A stretch of 64,000 nucleotides of DNA from Catajapyx aquilonaris (lineage: Eukaryota), in the NCBI GenBank assembly GCA_000934665.2, contig KZ538860.1, positions 1 to 64,000 on the forward strand. The letters run 5' to 3'. How positions within the stretch are numbered: the stretch's first letter is position 1; each line of letters begins with the position of its first letter. Under the pieces are notes generated by a model that worked only from the letters and a program-made list of their open reading frames with translations, did no database searches and was not told where the DNA came from. Made by a program: the position numbers and the translations under genes. Below are positions 1 to 13,700 of the stretch, piece after piece.

Positions 1-145
1 TGAAATGGCTTGTCGGTGGAATGAGTATGTCGGTGAAATGGCTTGTCGGTGAAATGGCCTGTCTGTGGAATGGGTATGTCGGTGAAATGTCTGTCGGCGA
101 AATGGCCTGTCGGCCAGGTGGGTGTCGGTGAAATGACCCGCTCCG
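1..145. repeat. Tandem array of ~16-18 bp units (core TGTCGGTGAAATG), truncated by the window start; possibly the subterminal repeats of a DNA transposon
   Basis: About 8 degenerate copies, e.g. tgtcggtggaatgagta, tgtcggtgaaatggct, tgtcggcgaaatggcc. Confidence 0.75.
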
Positions 146-671
146 ACTATATATACTGTACATACTATACAGCTCTGCATATACTGTCTACTACATCCTC
201 CCAGCCTTATAGCAACGCCATCATCCGCCTAAGCAGCAGACTGATAACAATAATGCTACTCCTCTCACTCACTATTAACACGAGCATTATGCAACAGCAA
301 CATTATATTAGGTTAATTACAATTATTGTTGCGACCAGACTCATGCGTCTCAATAGCAGCCACGTTGATATGCCAAGTATCTGTTGAAGGAGTCGAGCAT
401 TTTGACCCGCATGATGATGCTGTGTATGTTGTACTACAGCACGACTTACAGAAATAACAGGCCTGCTAGCTGCATAAATAATTATGCAGTGCACATGTAA
501 AAGGCCTTTGAATGGAGCAGTTTTTCTCACATGTAGACTTTTGATTTAACCTATCCCGCTATACCATCAGCATGTGTAATATCCGAAGCTGCGATGGGGA
601 TTGCTCATTTGACGATGCGATGGCGATAGGGTGTGGCTCGTCCCCGTTTCATATCCCATATACACTGTATA

Positions 672-1290
672 CAGTAAAACTTCTAAGTTGTAAGTCGAAC
701 TTTCCTAACTCGAAGTTCCCTGTAAGCCGAAGAAAATGACGAGCTTGGTTGGTCACAATGTAAAACAATATAAGAAATAAACTTCCCTAACTCGAATTGC
801 TATAACTCGAAGTTCTCCATAACTCGAAGTGCAGGCAGGGCCTTACGATGGGATATCAATGCATTTTCAGTCTCCCTAAGTCCAAGTTCATGTTGGCGAG
901 TACGGAAAATTGTCTCATTTCCCAGCCGAAGGGTCGAGAGTATAGGCCACATGTACAGAAAGGCTCAATTTCCTCATCTCCGTCTACCAGACGTACCTAA
1001 AGAAGTTAGTGTTTGACTCGATTGTGAGAATTGAATCTTTGAATCTAAGTAGAGAGATAGAGTATAGGCAAATGCCCATAACGGAGATTTCTTTACAACA
1101 AAACGACGAGGAACATTGTAAGTGTGATAGTGACCTATAGTTGTTTTGAACACCTTTCGTCGCTGCTGGATATAAAGGTCGGCTTCCTTATATAGAGTTC
1201 TGCTGGGCTTAAAAAAAATAATCCAAACTTCTCTATCTCAAAGTTTTTTCCCCTGTCCCATTGGAGATTCGACTTATAGAAGTTTTACTG
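672..1290. mobile_element. Non-autonomous Tc1/mariner (pogo/Tigger-like) MITE
   Basis: TA|CAGTAAAACTTCTA..TAAGTCGAA at 670-699 and TTCGACTTATAGAAGTTTTACTG|TA at 1268-1292; TA target duplication; internal TAACTCGAA repeats; no transposase ORF. Confidence 0.8.
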
Positions 1291-3642
1291 TATATGATAT
1301 ACCGTACATGACTGCATAATTCCCGCCGTAATCCTCTCTTTTCCCACAGTCAGGCCCCTCCAGCAGCACCTCACCCAGCATCCCCGGCATCCGAACCCTC
1401 CACTTCTGGTTTTATTATGCCCCAGAGGGACCAGAAATTGAAAAGGGTCAGCCTCCCTCCCTCCCTCCCTCCCTCCCTCCCTCCCTCCCTCCTTTCCCCT
1501 CATCATCGCCCATCACCAACACCATTTTTTAAAAACACTTCTCTTATTATTATCATCATCTTCATCATTCCCTCTCACTGGCCTGACTTGGCTGACTCGC
1601 GCCATAATATACCGTCACAAAGCTGTTATGGTGCTCTATAAGTATATAGTATAATTATGCTCGTATTAGGAATGAGCAATATTATACGTAACTGTGGACT
1701 GCGCAATACATGCACCGTGTCATGCATGTTCAGTGTGTATATACAAGATCACTTTCTTTTTTATTTTGACACGATTGTTTTATACAGCACTTGCGGAATT
1801 AGGTGGATTACCAGGAGCACCAGCAGCACTCGATATGGCGTCATTTTATTCCAGAAACGTCGTCGGTGTTTATTATTCGGCGTTGTTCCTGCACGGGAGA
1901 AGAGTATGTTGGAACAGGCTTTTCCTATTAAATTAATGCGCGGGACAAATAAACTGATATAGATACAACACAAGGACATGTGCTTGTGCCTCTGAAGTTG
2001 CTTTTGCCGACTGAGACAGTTAATTTTACTTGTGGACATTTTCCTTCGTAGTAGTAATATATTTGCAAATGTTTCTTTCCCAGATACTGCAGGCCTTACC
2101 CGATTGTTGCATTTAATTATATGGGGCCAAACTTTTGTTATCATTGTTTTATGGGGACCTTCTGTGAACGAAAGAATATATAGTGTGGCGGTTTTAGCTC
2201 GGAATATGGTTTAACACTCCTCAACGCATGCCAATCATTAGCGCGACCCTGCTGTGCTGGTATACGAAATACTTGACGCTGTAATGTATTCGTGTCATGA
2301 TTTGGAGGCGGAACAAAATGACAACTTTTTCCCAGCCTGTGAGTATATAGAAAGAAGTAAAGATAATGTTTCAGTTGTAACTACTTTTAGTTGCCAGATA
2401 TTAGGAGCTTCCCATCCGCAACAGTAGGCCTATACATGCAGTACGTGTATACATAGTACAGTACAACGTGCAACCTCTGTTGGCCCTGTGGCTCCTATAT
2501 ATAAGCAGACAATTGAGAGGCGAGTTTACAATATGCAAGTGCACCTTTTGCATGTAGGAAAAGTCTCTCACAATAAGTCGCATTCCTCACCCCCATACAA
2601 TTCGTATTAATTTTGGGCCTTCTCTGATGGAGGCGGCAAGTCATAGTATAAGAAGCACCCTCCATGCTGTACTCGCAAATTAATGGCATTATAAGTTTGG
2701 GAACATCTTTTGGGAGCAGTAAAGTCACGTTTCAAGCTCCAAATTGATCCAGATCCTGGAGAGTAATCATATATAGGAGCCAAGTTGACTGGTGCTGCTG
2801 GGATCATTGTTGCACATGCATCAGCAGCCACTCTAATATACTTTCATTGTGCAAATATCTGGTGAGTCACGAGGCATTACTCAGCAGCAAGGTACATAAG
2901 TATAAATATAACACAATCTATCTATATCGTGCACATTCTATGTACACTGAGGTGAAGGTGTTTCATAATGATTCGTGCAAATGAGCTCGTGGGAAACTCG
3001 TGGTTATGGGATCACTCTATTATATACTGTATATGTATAGAGGTGTGATTATAGGTCTGATGCCAAGTCTGACTTGTCATATATATAGATTGGGCTTGAA
3101 ACACGAGGCGGTTTATTATACCTGTATAGGAAATGTCCTGACCTGGAGGGAAGGCGCGTGTCTCTCCCCATCACAACTTGGCCGCCTTTTCCATGTTAAG
3201 TGTGGGTGTGCTTGGAACATAAGTGAAATTGGATATCACGAGATGTTTTGAGGCAATCTCCAAGGCGATATAGAGTATAGGAGTATAGGTGTATAATACG
3301 CGTCATAATGACATGAGCATACGCACTGTATACAGCGATGTGAAGATGATGATGATGATGATGATATATTAGCTATACCTCTGATGGTGTCCAGCTGTTA
3401 TATTGCATCATATACATATTATATATGTATATTATCATTTATGTTTTCCCGGCCTGATGATATTGTATACTGTACGTAGCGTGTACAGATGAACTTGCAG
3501 TATATAATGCCCTTTGGTGGGCCTTGTAGTCCTTTTCTCGAATGATTCTGAGCTGCTCTTTTCGTGGAAAAGCGGTCTTAGTGGGGGCATCGCGGAGGGA
3601 GGGAGAGAGGGGGGGGGGACCGGAAGCATTTTACCAGCGGGG

Positions 3643-3810
3643 NNNNNNNNNNNNNNNNNNNNNNNNNNNNNNNNNNNNNNNNNNNNNNNNNNNNNNNNNN
3701 NNNNNNNNNNNNNNNNNNNNNNNNNNNNNNNNNNNNNNNNNNNNNNNNNNNNNNNNNNNNNNNNNNNNNNNNNNNNNNNNNNNNNNNNNNNNNNNNNNNN
3801 NNNNNNNNNN
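3643..3810. other. Assembly gap (N run) abutting an (AG)n microsatellite at 3811-3871; a second small gap lies at 9228-9236
   Basis: Runs of n in the sequence. Confidence 0.99.
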
Positions 3811-3867
<57 letters not shown>

Positions 3868-5496
3868 AGAGAGTTTGTTGTTTGCATCCCTTTTTCCACG
3901 AACAAGCCGTCAGTCAGTCAGTCAGTCAGGAGTGCCAACATGTAGAGTGTGTGCCAATAAGGGAGGGACTCGCAGGCGAAGGGAGGCCACGCAGCAGCAC
4001 ACCGAGCATCAGTAGCAGCACTATAGAACTGCTGTGTGCACTGCGTACACACCGTATGTGTAATACACAGTGGGTCAGCAGTCCGGCCAATACTGCTGGG
4101 GCCAGGAGATGGGCAACAACAAAAGGCAAGAATAATGACGCGGATTAGCAGCGTGAGGGTTGACTCTGAGCGGTGCTGCTGATGCCCTACTGTGGCTGAT
4201 GCGGCCCGCTGTTTCTCTCCAGCAGTGTACGTCCTCTGGAGGTCACGATATATATGCGACAGTGTTACTATCCCCTATCGGTATAAGACGGACCCCCTGC
4301 CTCTCTCATTTGAATAATACCAACAACACCCACTTCCGCGATGGCTGAACGCGACACGAGGCTGCTGCTGTGCGTATATAGGCAAGACGCGGAGTTGCCA
4401 TGCCTTGATGACAGCGACGGCTGCATCGTATACTATACGGTATATATAGCCTACTTATACTGTATTTCCCTTCCTATGTACGAGACCTACGTACAGTACC
4501 TATATGTGCGAGAATTGCATCAGAATAAAATTGTCGTAGGTGCTGACTTGTTGTCAATTCTACGGTGTGTGTCAGAATTAATCTGGCATTTTATTCGTAC
4601 CGGTATAATGAAAATGTAGCGGCATCTGGGCCACGTTCTCACTCAACCTTGAATAAGTTTGATGTGGAAGAAGTCGCAGGTCAACCTTTGCGTTGGAAAT
4701 AGGCCTCCATACGTATATACTTGCTGTAATATACATTTACTTTTCTCCGGCATACTTATACTATATGACAGACACAGAGAAAACACGCCTGCCATTTAAT
4801 GTCATACCTATACATATACGAAGTGGTGGGGAAACAGTTGAAGCCACAGCCTTCACTTGTGAGGTCTCTCGAGTTCGATCCTCGGATCGGGAGGATGCTT
4901 TTCACCGCATGAAAAGAGATTCCAGTGATGGGTATGTTGTTCTCTCCGCGTTATTCGTCTTCTCGGGGTTTCTCCCACCCTTACCTCCCCCTCTCCAGAA
5001 TGCACATTAGATAATCGAGTGCATTTAACATAATCCCAAGAGAGCACTTGTCCAGGGGGGGTTGTTGTGCCCATGGACGATGGGGGTGATGATGGGGGTG
5101 CTTCTCCCGATGATGGGCGGAGGGTAATATTCGTGTGAGGCATTTGGGTCTCCTGCTGCTGCTGGGTCAGTCCCGCTCGCAAATGGGCTCAACAACTCTA
5201 ATGGGAAATTGTCTTTGCATAATTTCCAATCCGACCGAAACTACTATAGAAAACGAAAACAAAGTGCAAAAGTAGTACCTTCACTCCAAACTACGCTACA
5301 TAAGAGAGAGGGACCTCTACAAGTGTCAAATCCAACAGGGTCAGTGGACTTGTGCGAGTGAGACGCTTTATTAGATGCATCTCATTGCGGTATTATTGTG
5401 TGCCCATAACTATCACTTATAACACATGGGCCAGGTGAGGCCTCACTCTAGAACATCCGCCATCAGGATCATTATTGTACTGTACCCAGTGGGCTA

Positions 5497-5724
5497 TACA
5501 CTGATGTAAACCTCAAAACAAGCATCACTGCTGGTGAGCCTCCCATGGAGCATCAATTTTTAATGCCCTTGTAATGTTCTCACGATACTATACGATATTT
5601 TAAAATGTTCTCGTAATGGTTTCGATGCTTTTAGCAACAGAAAGCATTAAAAGCGCATTCCAAGAGCATTAATAATGGTTCCTTCGTGGGTGATGCTCTT
5701 TTGATGCTTTGCGGTTTACAGTGT
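5497..5724. mobile_element. Possible degenerate MITE with CACTG..TAAACC / GGTTTACAGTG ends
   Basis: Imperfect terminal inverted repeats plus inner AGCATCAC / GTGATGCT. Confidence 0.35.
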
Positions 5725-6017
5725 TATTGGGGCTGTAGGCGGGCAGAATTATTCAATGAGGGCCATGACCTGGCCATGACCCATCATGGGTATATATTCC
5801 ACGACCTATATATACACTATAATATAAAGACGGCGCTGATTGTGGGCATTGTTGCTCTGTGTTGCAGGGCTGGAGACAACAGGGGCAGCAGCACCGCAGC
5901 CGGAGTCGTCTTAGTCCGCCTTCATTCAACTATACTCATCCAAGTGGAGTGAGAGTGTGAGTTGAGGGACGAGGCTGGGTCCCTGAGGAGAGGTGCCAGG
6001 AGAAGCTGGCCTTCCAG

Positions 6018-7714
6018 ACGGTGACCAGGAGCAGTCCTTCTTCGGCGGCGGGGGTCGTCGTGGGCGTCGAAGGAGGAGGAGGGGACGTGGGGGAAGGGGG
6101 TGGTGAGGGAGGAGGCATCCACCACCCTCATCCTCATCTCCACCACCACCACCACCTTCACCAGCACCATCCCCAGCATCACCACCACCTGGAGACCCTG
6201 CTGGAATCACAAGGCGGAGGAGGAGGAGGAGGCCCCTTCTCCTCCTCCTCCCCCTCCCCGTCCCCTCTGGACGGAGGGCAGCACCTCCACTCCAGCCTGC
6301 ACGGCCTTGGCCTCGGGGCCGCCCCTCCCCCGTCCTCGGCCACCACCCTCCAGCCCCCTCCTCCTCCCACCCCTACAATCACCTCGTCACTCTCCTCCTC
6401 GCCACCTTTGCCCTCCTTCGGCTTCACACAAGAGCAGGTCAGTCCACTCAATCATCCAGCATTGACGATGGATATTCTGTCCCCACGAATGGTGTGACAC
6501 TCCCTATATCATAGGTGGCTTGCGTGTGCGAGGTCCTCCAGCAGTCTGGGAACGTGGAGAGGCTGGGTCGGTTCCTGTGGTCCCTCCCTGCCTGCGAGAA
6601 GCTCCACAAGAACGAGAGCGTCCTGAAGGCCAAGGCGCTGGTGGCCTTCCACAGGGGACACTTCAAGGAGCTGTACCGCCTGCTGGAGGGACACCACTTC
6701 TCGGCGCACAACCACGCCAAGCTGCAGGCCCTCTGGCTCAAGGCCCACTACGTGGAGGCGGAGAAGCTGAGGGGCAGGCCCCTGGGCGCAGTGGGCAAGT
6801 ACAGGGTGAGACGCAAGTTCCCCTTGCCGCGGACCATCTGGGACGGGGAGGAGACCTCCTACTGCTTCAAGGAGAAGTCCAGGTCCATCCTGAGGGACTG
6901 GTACACCCACAACCCGTACCCTTCGCCCAGGGAGAAGAGGGAGCTGGCGGAGGCCACGGGGCTCACCACCACGCAGGTCTCCAACTGGTTCAAGAACAGG
7001 AGGCAGAGGGACAGGGCCGCGGAGCAGAAGGACGGGACGGGACCCCCAGGGGCCAACCCAGGCTCGCAAGGGTGGGTATAATAGCCTGAGATGGGCTGCT
7101 GATGGGAGAGGCTGCTATTATTATGTGCACATCATCATGTAATAGGCATGGGTCGTCCGGTGGCGGTGGAGGGGCGTCGTCGGAGGGGGCAAGGAGCCAC
7201 CCCCCCCACCAGGAGGGGGGAGCCGGGAGCGGAGGGGACGACGACGGGGGCGGCCCCCCTCACCTGGCCTCCTCCTCTGGACCCCCGTCGCCCAGGGACT
7301 GCGACTCAGACTCCGACCCGGACTCGCCCACGGGCCCCATCCACCACCAGCACCACCACCCACACCAGCAGCAACACCAGGTACTACTCTGCCCAATATG
7401 ACTGCAGCTGTATACATACGTGCAGCTGCTCAAATGCAGGCGTCTAATGACTTTATTTCCTTTTCATATATAAGACGTCGTCGTCGCCGTCTTCTGGCGG
7501 AGTGGTGGGAGGAGGAGGGGGAGGGAGCACGACGGACCTGTTCGGTGGTCCCCTGGACGTGAAGCCTCCGTTGTCCTCGCTGGTGCCCGCGTTGTACGCA
7601 GCTGCGGCGGCGCACCAGGGGCACCAGGCCGGGGCCCCCCAGCCCCCGGTGTCCGCCTCTGGGCTGCCCGGGGCCGCAGAGCTGCAGCAGCTGGCAGACT
7701 TCCACCCCTTGTGA
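6018..7714 (+). CDS. so: Sine oculis / Six1-2 class homeobox transcription factor; exons approx (<=6018)-6437, 6515-7071, 7146-7380, 7475-7714; start codon not located
   Basis: SIX domain [19 protein letters not shown]...[21 protein letters not shown]; homeodomain with the Six1/2-diagnostic ETSY and [17 protein letters not shown] introns keep the frame. Confidence 0.93.
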
Positions 7715-10700
7715 CAGTGGCCCCCGCCCGCGCACCTCTTCCCCTAAACGACGGCGACGACAACACGTCGTCCCTTCGACGCCACAAGTCTCCAGCACTC
7801 AGCAAACATCTGGAGATTCCTATACCTGCCGACCACTACTACGTCATTTGATATAGTTGGACCCTCATCATCGTCTGTCATCATCCGGCATTTATATGTG
7901 TATTAGAGAGTGAATGAGTGATGCTGGACTCTGATGCTGAGGGACGGTGTTATTGGTGGACAGTCGTTGAAGGAGAAAAAGAAAGTGAGGAAGGGAGGTG
8001 CAGCGGGCCTTGCTGATCGCCCACAGCAAATCAACGGGACAATTATTACTTAATCGATTCATTAATTATTACGCGCGTCTTAATTCCCCTTCTCCCCAAA
8101 CACACATAAACACACTATACACAGGCCTTGATTGGCTCCTATTCTGGTCAACATGATGATGGTGATGTTCGGTAATAATGTTATTATAAACGTTCGTTAG
8201 TATAGACTCCCGAGTCGTAGCACGTGTAACAACCTAATTATGCAACAACCAAAAAAAAACCCCCACGGGGTGTGTATAGCCTGCTCTATACTTTCCCCAA
8301 GTTGCACCCACACTTTCTTCCCCCCCCCCCCTTTTTTTCTCGCATTTGCACTGCACCCACGTGAGCAAAAGGTGTAGCAGCCTATATAGTTACCGCAAAA
8401 AAAAAAATATGCAACGGAAACATTCTATAGTTTAAGCCACCGGTCAAGTTTAAGCAAACCGATACGATTTCTTAAAGTGGAGAGAGTGTGACCGCGAAAT
8501 GAATAGTGTACACTATACCCCCTGACGGTGCTGGTGCAGCTGACATATGAAAAACCGCGTACCGGTAAATAGTACATCGCATCAACTTGCGGGGTTGTGC
8601 TGCTCTAACTCGAATATTGCCTCCATAATTTCACGCAATAAATATTCTTATTGAGGCTGTTGCTCTGATCCAGTCACTTGTGGTCCATGCAGCACCATTG
8701 GCCGTGCAATAAATCTGCTTTCTCCCACCACCACCACCACACACCCTGACCATAAAGCTGCTGAATGGGTTGCAAGGGAAGAGGAGACATTGCTTTTGGG
8801 ATCACTTTTTAAAAACCGAGTCGATGGATCTTCAGGACCGTGTCCTGCATGCAAAGGGGATGGTTCAATTTGTGTCAAATCCCTGGCAAAGTGTGTGTCT
8901 ATAATTATGTATACGACATCGCCCTCTTATTTAAATGGGAGTGATTCTGCTGCGTGCTGAGTGTCACCTACACCCTTCCTTTAAGTTCACTTTTGTTTAT
9001 ACTCTCAATGTGGCACACAAATCGACACTTCGACCTTGCAACCCCAAATAACGTGATGACGCGGCCTTTGACATCTATAGTTGATGCTCGCTAATTGTCA
9101 CGCGCACCGTCACCTTCATCCTGTAGAAAATAAATAACGAGGAGGGGGAAATTTACTAGACTTTTAATCCACTTCGACACACTCTTAATATTATATGCAA
9201 AAAGTAATAATATACATTGTTAGAGTTNNNNNNNNNCCCCCCCCCCCCCCCCAACCATCACACCCGCACTATCTTTTCGAATGAGCAAAATTGGACTGTC
9301 GCAATAGGTATTATGATGACAGTGCTCTCGACCCTCCGACGGAGGGATAAGTAGCCTACACGTAGTGCTGTGCTTCGTGTCGTTGTAGATCTCTCCCGAT
9401 ATGATGTGGAAAATAATAACAATACGTATTATCTATCGATGCAGAATATTTGAAAGGGTAGCTCTATGAACATAATAGGTGGTGACACTGTTCCTATGAT
9501 TCACACTTATTACCTGCATAGTGTCGCGTGCTGTACTGCTCAGATATTATAATTATATATGCCACACAATCATGTATACTGTACATACACCCTTTATATA
9601 CCCCCAAACACGTGTTGTTGTCTTTTCCTTCATTCTCCCACCACAGCAGACTGTGCACCCGATAGTGGTATAGTGAAGTTGGGCAATTTGGCCGAGCCAT
9701 TGCAGCGGCATCATTAGAGCGTTCAATTCCCGTGTTGTTATTCTCACGAATTACTCGAATTAAAAATTATCGCACTGATTAGCTTGAAATGGCAGGCTGT
9801 TGTTTTGTTTTCCAAGCATTTCGTTGAGTGGCAGCCTCTTATGCAGCAGTATGTTATGTTCCAGCAGCAAGCGCAAACCTCGAGGCCTCGTGCTGTATAC
9901 ACTATACTCTCTGCAGCATATTATAGGCCTATAGTACGACCAGCATCACGCCGTCGCGTCGTGAGCGTGCAGCATGATGCAGTATATATCTAGGGTCGAT
10001 TACAGCCTGGGAAGGGGGGGAGATGAACCAACCAACCCAACCCAACCCACCGACGGACCAATCAATGTTCTCTCTTGCTTCTGCAAAATGGGGAGTCCAA
10101 ATCAATATGCAGCAGGCACAGCAAACAATACTCTGCTGCATGCTGCTGCCCTATTTGCAGCAGGCCAAGGTATATACACAATATTACATATATAGGTACA
10201 CGGAATAGACCACTGGCAGGGAATGCCACTTCCAATTATTCATTAACACGACAATCGACTGACTATTGCGGGTGCGGACTATACTTTGCTGCCCTGCCCC
10301 TTCCATGCTGCATGCCCCTCTATATAAAGTATAGCAGGGGTCGAAATATTCGGATGCAATGTTGCAACTTGCACTCCATCATACTGTGCAAATGCTGCAC
10401 TCCAGTTGGTCCGGGGGTTTTTTTTTAACGCGGCTAAACCCATCAGTAATTATAAATTATGAAGCACTAGAAGTAAGCAATATATTTCCACTCCAGATTA
10501 AAGTCCGCTGCATGAAAACTTTGCACGTCGACAAACAATATTTAAGATTCGACCGCTGAATCCTGATAATAGGCCTATGTGTATAGCCTGTCTCTTCGTT
10601 GCTTTTGCTGTACATCAAGACATACTGTAGTATACAGAGAGTAAGATTGGGCAGCACATAAAACTTATACATTGTAATAAACGTGGCAGTCATCACTTGA

Positions 10701-13700
10701 TGTGTGCAGAGAGCAAGCGAGGAATAACTCGGGGGGTGGGGGAGAAAAAAATGAATGGTGAGGTAATAATGAGAGGCGAAATGAGAAGAAATAGTGATGA
10801 TGATGATGATGAGAATGAATAATGAGAATGAATGATGGGCAACACAGCAGCATGCACCCTCGTGATGGCGGGCGCACCCACCAGTCGAGGGAATGGGGGC
10901 GTTGTTGCTGGTGTCAGCGCGTCCTGTTGAACAATAATACAACAATAATGCAATAATATTGTTGTTGTTTCATTGATTCTTTCCTTCGTTCATTCTTGGT
11001 CTGGGGAGAGGGGTGTTCTCAGGATAACTGCTCAAATATATAGGCCGCAGACAGATGAACCGCGAAGAGGGGCATCGTCATGTTGCCTCTGGCAGGAAGA
11101 GACAGCTTTTCATCTATACCCTCAGCATGGTGGACATTAAATCCTGCGGCCAACTGTTTAAAAACGATCGGTCTGTATATAAGCTGCTGATCATTGTTGC
11201 TGGATGAATATTGATGGGAGAGATGGGTGCAGGTGGTGGCGAGAGGAGGAGAGGCCGTCGAGGAAGATTCGGAAGCAACGCAGACCCGGTCAAAAGTCAG
11301 TGGTCACATGTGGACGGATGAGGGAGGGGTGAGCGGTGGATAATTATGTCTCTAATATCGCCAGGTGAGTGCAGGCAGGTATACGCATGCTGGCTCGACC
11401 AAGTATATATGTAGCTGGATGGTGGTGATGCTGCGACACGTACAGTCGTATACACGCCTTGCACACGTGGGACCATTTCCTGATAGACTATACAGGATTG
11501 CCGTGGCATGGCGATGCTGGTGTTGCTTCATCAAGGGCGGGCATGTCGATGGGCCATGAGGCATCATCGGCAGCAAGGAAAAGGCCCGTCACCACCACCA
11601 CCACCACCACCACCACCACGGGCATGCACAAGAGCATCGCAGCTGCCTCCTTTCCCCCCCTCTCGAGGCCTGCAATGCACCACCCTCCAACACACACACA
11701 CACAGACCCATCCAGCCAACAACCCCACAGGCTGTGGTGCTGCCCCTTATATCTGCCGGGACCATCTCTTCTGCCCCATCAGATAAGGTGCAAAGGGGGA
11801 TGGGGAGGGAGAGAGACTCTTGCCTTGCTGGTCCATGTGTTTACAGCAAAGAGAAAAGGAGAGGGGGACAGGGGGAGGAAGGGGGGGGGGTGGGGTTCCT
11901 TCTCTTGACAGGGACCTCTTTTCATGATGGCAGACCTAGACTGCTCAACACACTGCTCTTCTTTCATCCTCGCCCACCACCCACCACCCCCTGTACGGCA
12001 GAAGAGAAGATTCCTTCGAGACAACACAAAACTCATCTGGTGGCCATTCCATACACGACCGACTACGCCAACTATATACGTCAATAATTACGCTTCTCTT
12101 ACTCTTTTGTTCAACACATGCCATACATATACATTATGCTGCTGATGTATACCCATCATCAGCAACCCAGACAGGCATATAGTATACAGTCAATGAGGGT
12201 GGGTCGCAGGTCACGTCCATGCATTGCACATCCGGTGTCTGCTGTTGACGAGGTCAAATAAGGATGCTCTTTTAGGGGGCACTTTCCCTCCTGCTGCCCC
12301 CTTTTGTTGAGAATTATTTTTGGAGCTGGCCTCGTCCATTCAAATGAACAATGATGCGCGTAATCTGCTGGGAGCACCTCTCTATAATCGGAAAGTCTTG
12401 GGTCTTATTGTATACGTATAGGCCCAGCGGGGGCACTGATGACATGGCCGATTGGCGTGACCCGACTGATGTGCACGCCACTATATATATTAGCTACCCA
12501 TCGTCATTGTTGTTGTCGCCATACATTGTGTGAATGGCTGTGGTTGAAGGATGGGATGAGCGGTGATGATGGTCTGAGCGGATTATGCCACCCTTCCACA
12601 CCCCTGGAGGAGGAAGAGAAGAAAGAGGGTATATAATGGCTGTAGAGGGGAAATAATAATCTGTCTCGAGTGAGGAGAGGCGGGTCGTCCTTCAAGAGGG
12701 CGGATTAACCCGGTACGAATAATCGTCAGATCCACGTCTCACATGTGGTCACCTGCGCAATACACTGTTTTAGTAGAGCTAATGATGTCCAAATAAATAG
12801 GTATCCACGCCAAATCGCAGCATGGTGCGCATAAATGTGACGTGCGGTGTACCTACAGGATGTTTCGCAATATCTCGGACGGAAGAGGGTCACTCTCGGT
12901 CGTGTCAAATGGTCTCAAAAGATTCATTAATTGGCCTTCCAAAAGTTAATTATGTTGTCGGATGTAGCCTGCTACATTTCCACCGCCTTTTCCACTTGCC
13001 TTTCAGTTTAAATTAAAATTGCGCGGCAGCATTTAAAATCGCGGAATAAAAAAAAAAGTGGCGCATGGTTGCTTGGAAGGAGGCATACCTCCCAGGATAT
13101 ATGTTTCATATACGTCTCGGTGATGGCGTCTTCCAGCCTGTTTCATCACAGGTGACGAGGCTTCTGCGGAGACAAAATGACACACCTTTTGAAGCTGATA
13201 AAGTGATCCTCCGATCCGCATCAGGAGTCGACCCTTTAAGAGAGTCTGTCGGTATTATTATACGAAACACCTTTTTGTACAGGTGATGGGAGGGGGAGAT
13301 GTTGCCACTCTGGAAATAAATCCAAGCTGGTGGGGGAAGGAAGAGAAGAGATGTGGTCCCTCGATGTCTGCACTGATGGGAAGAATATAAGCCCTCTCCC
13401 TCCCCCTCCATTCAGCACAACAATGCCAAAGAGAGAGAGAGAGAGACGCAGAGAGATGGGAGGAGGAGATGGGCTGGGCCTGGTCCGAGAGAGAGGTTGA
13501 GCCGCACCAGCAGCAGGTCCTTCATGCAGCCCGTGTACGTACAGTATAGTACTACATAATATACTCATTACTGTCATTGAAAGCGCGAGTAGAAGGGGGG
13601 AAGCGTACATACCTGCCAGGATATTCAGCACGCTGCGATGGGTTTATTCCATACGTTACATATGCTGCTGAATATAATGTTCGGAGAAGTCAACAAACGA

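Noticed and set aside
1..145. CRISPR-like repeat array
   Set aside because: Repeats are adjacent with no unique spacers, the context is eukaryotic, and no cas genes are present
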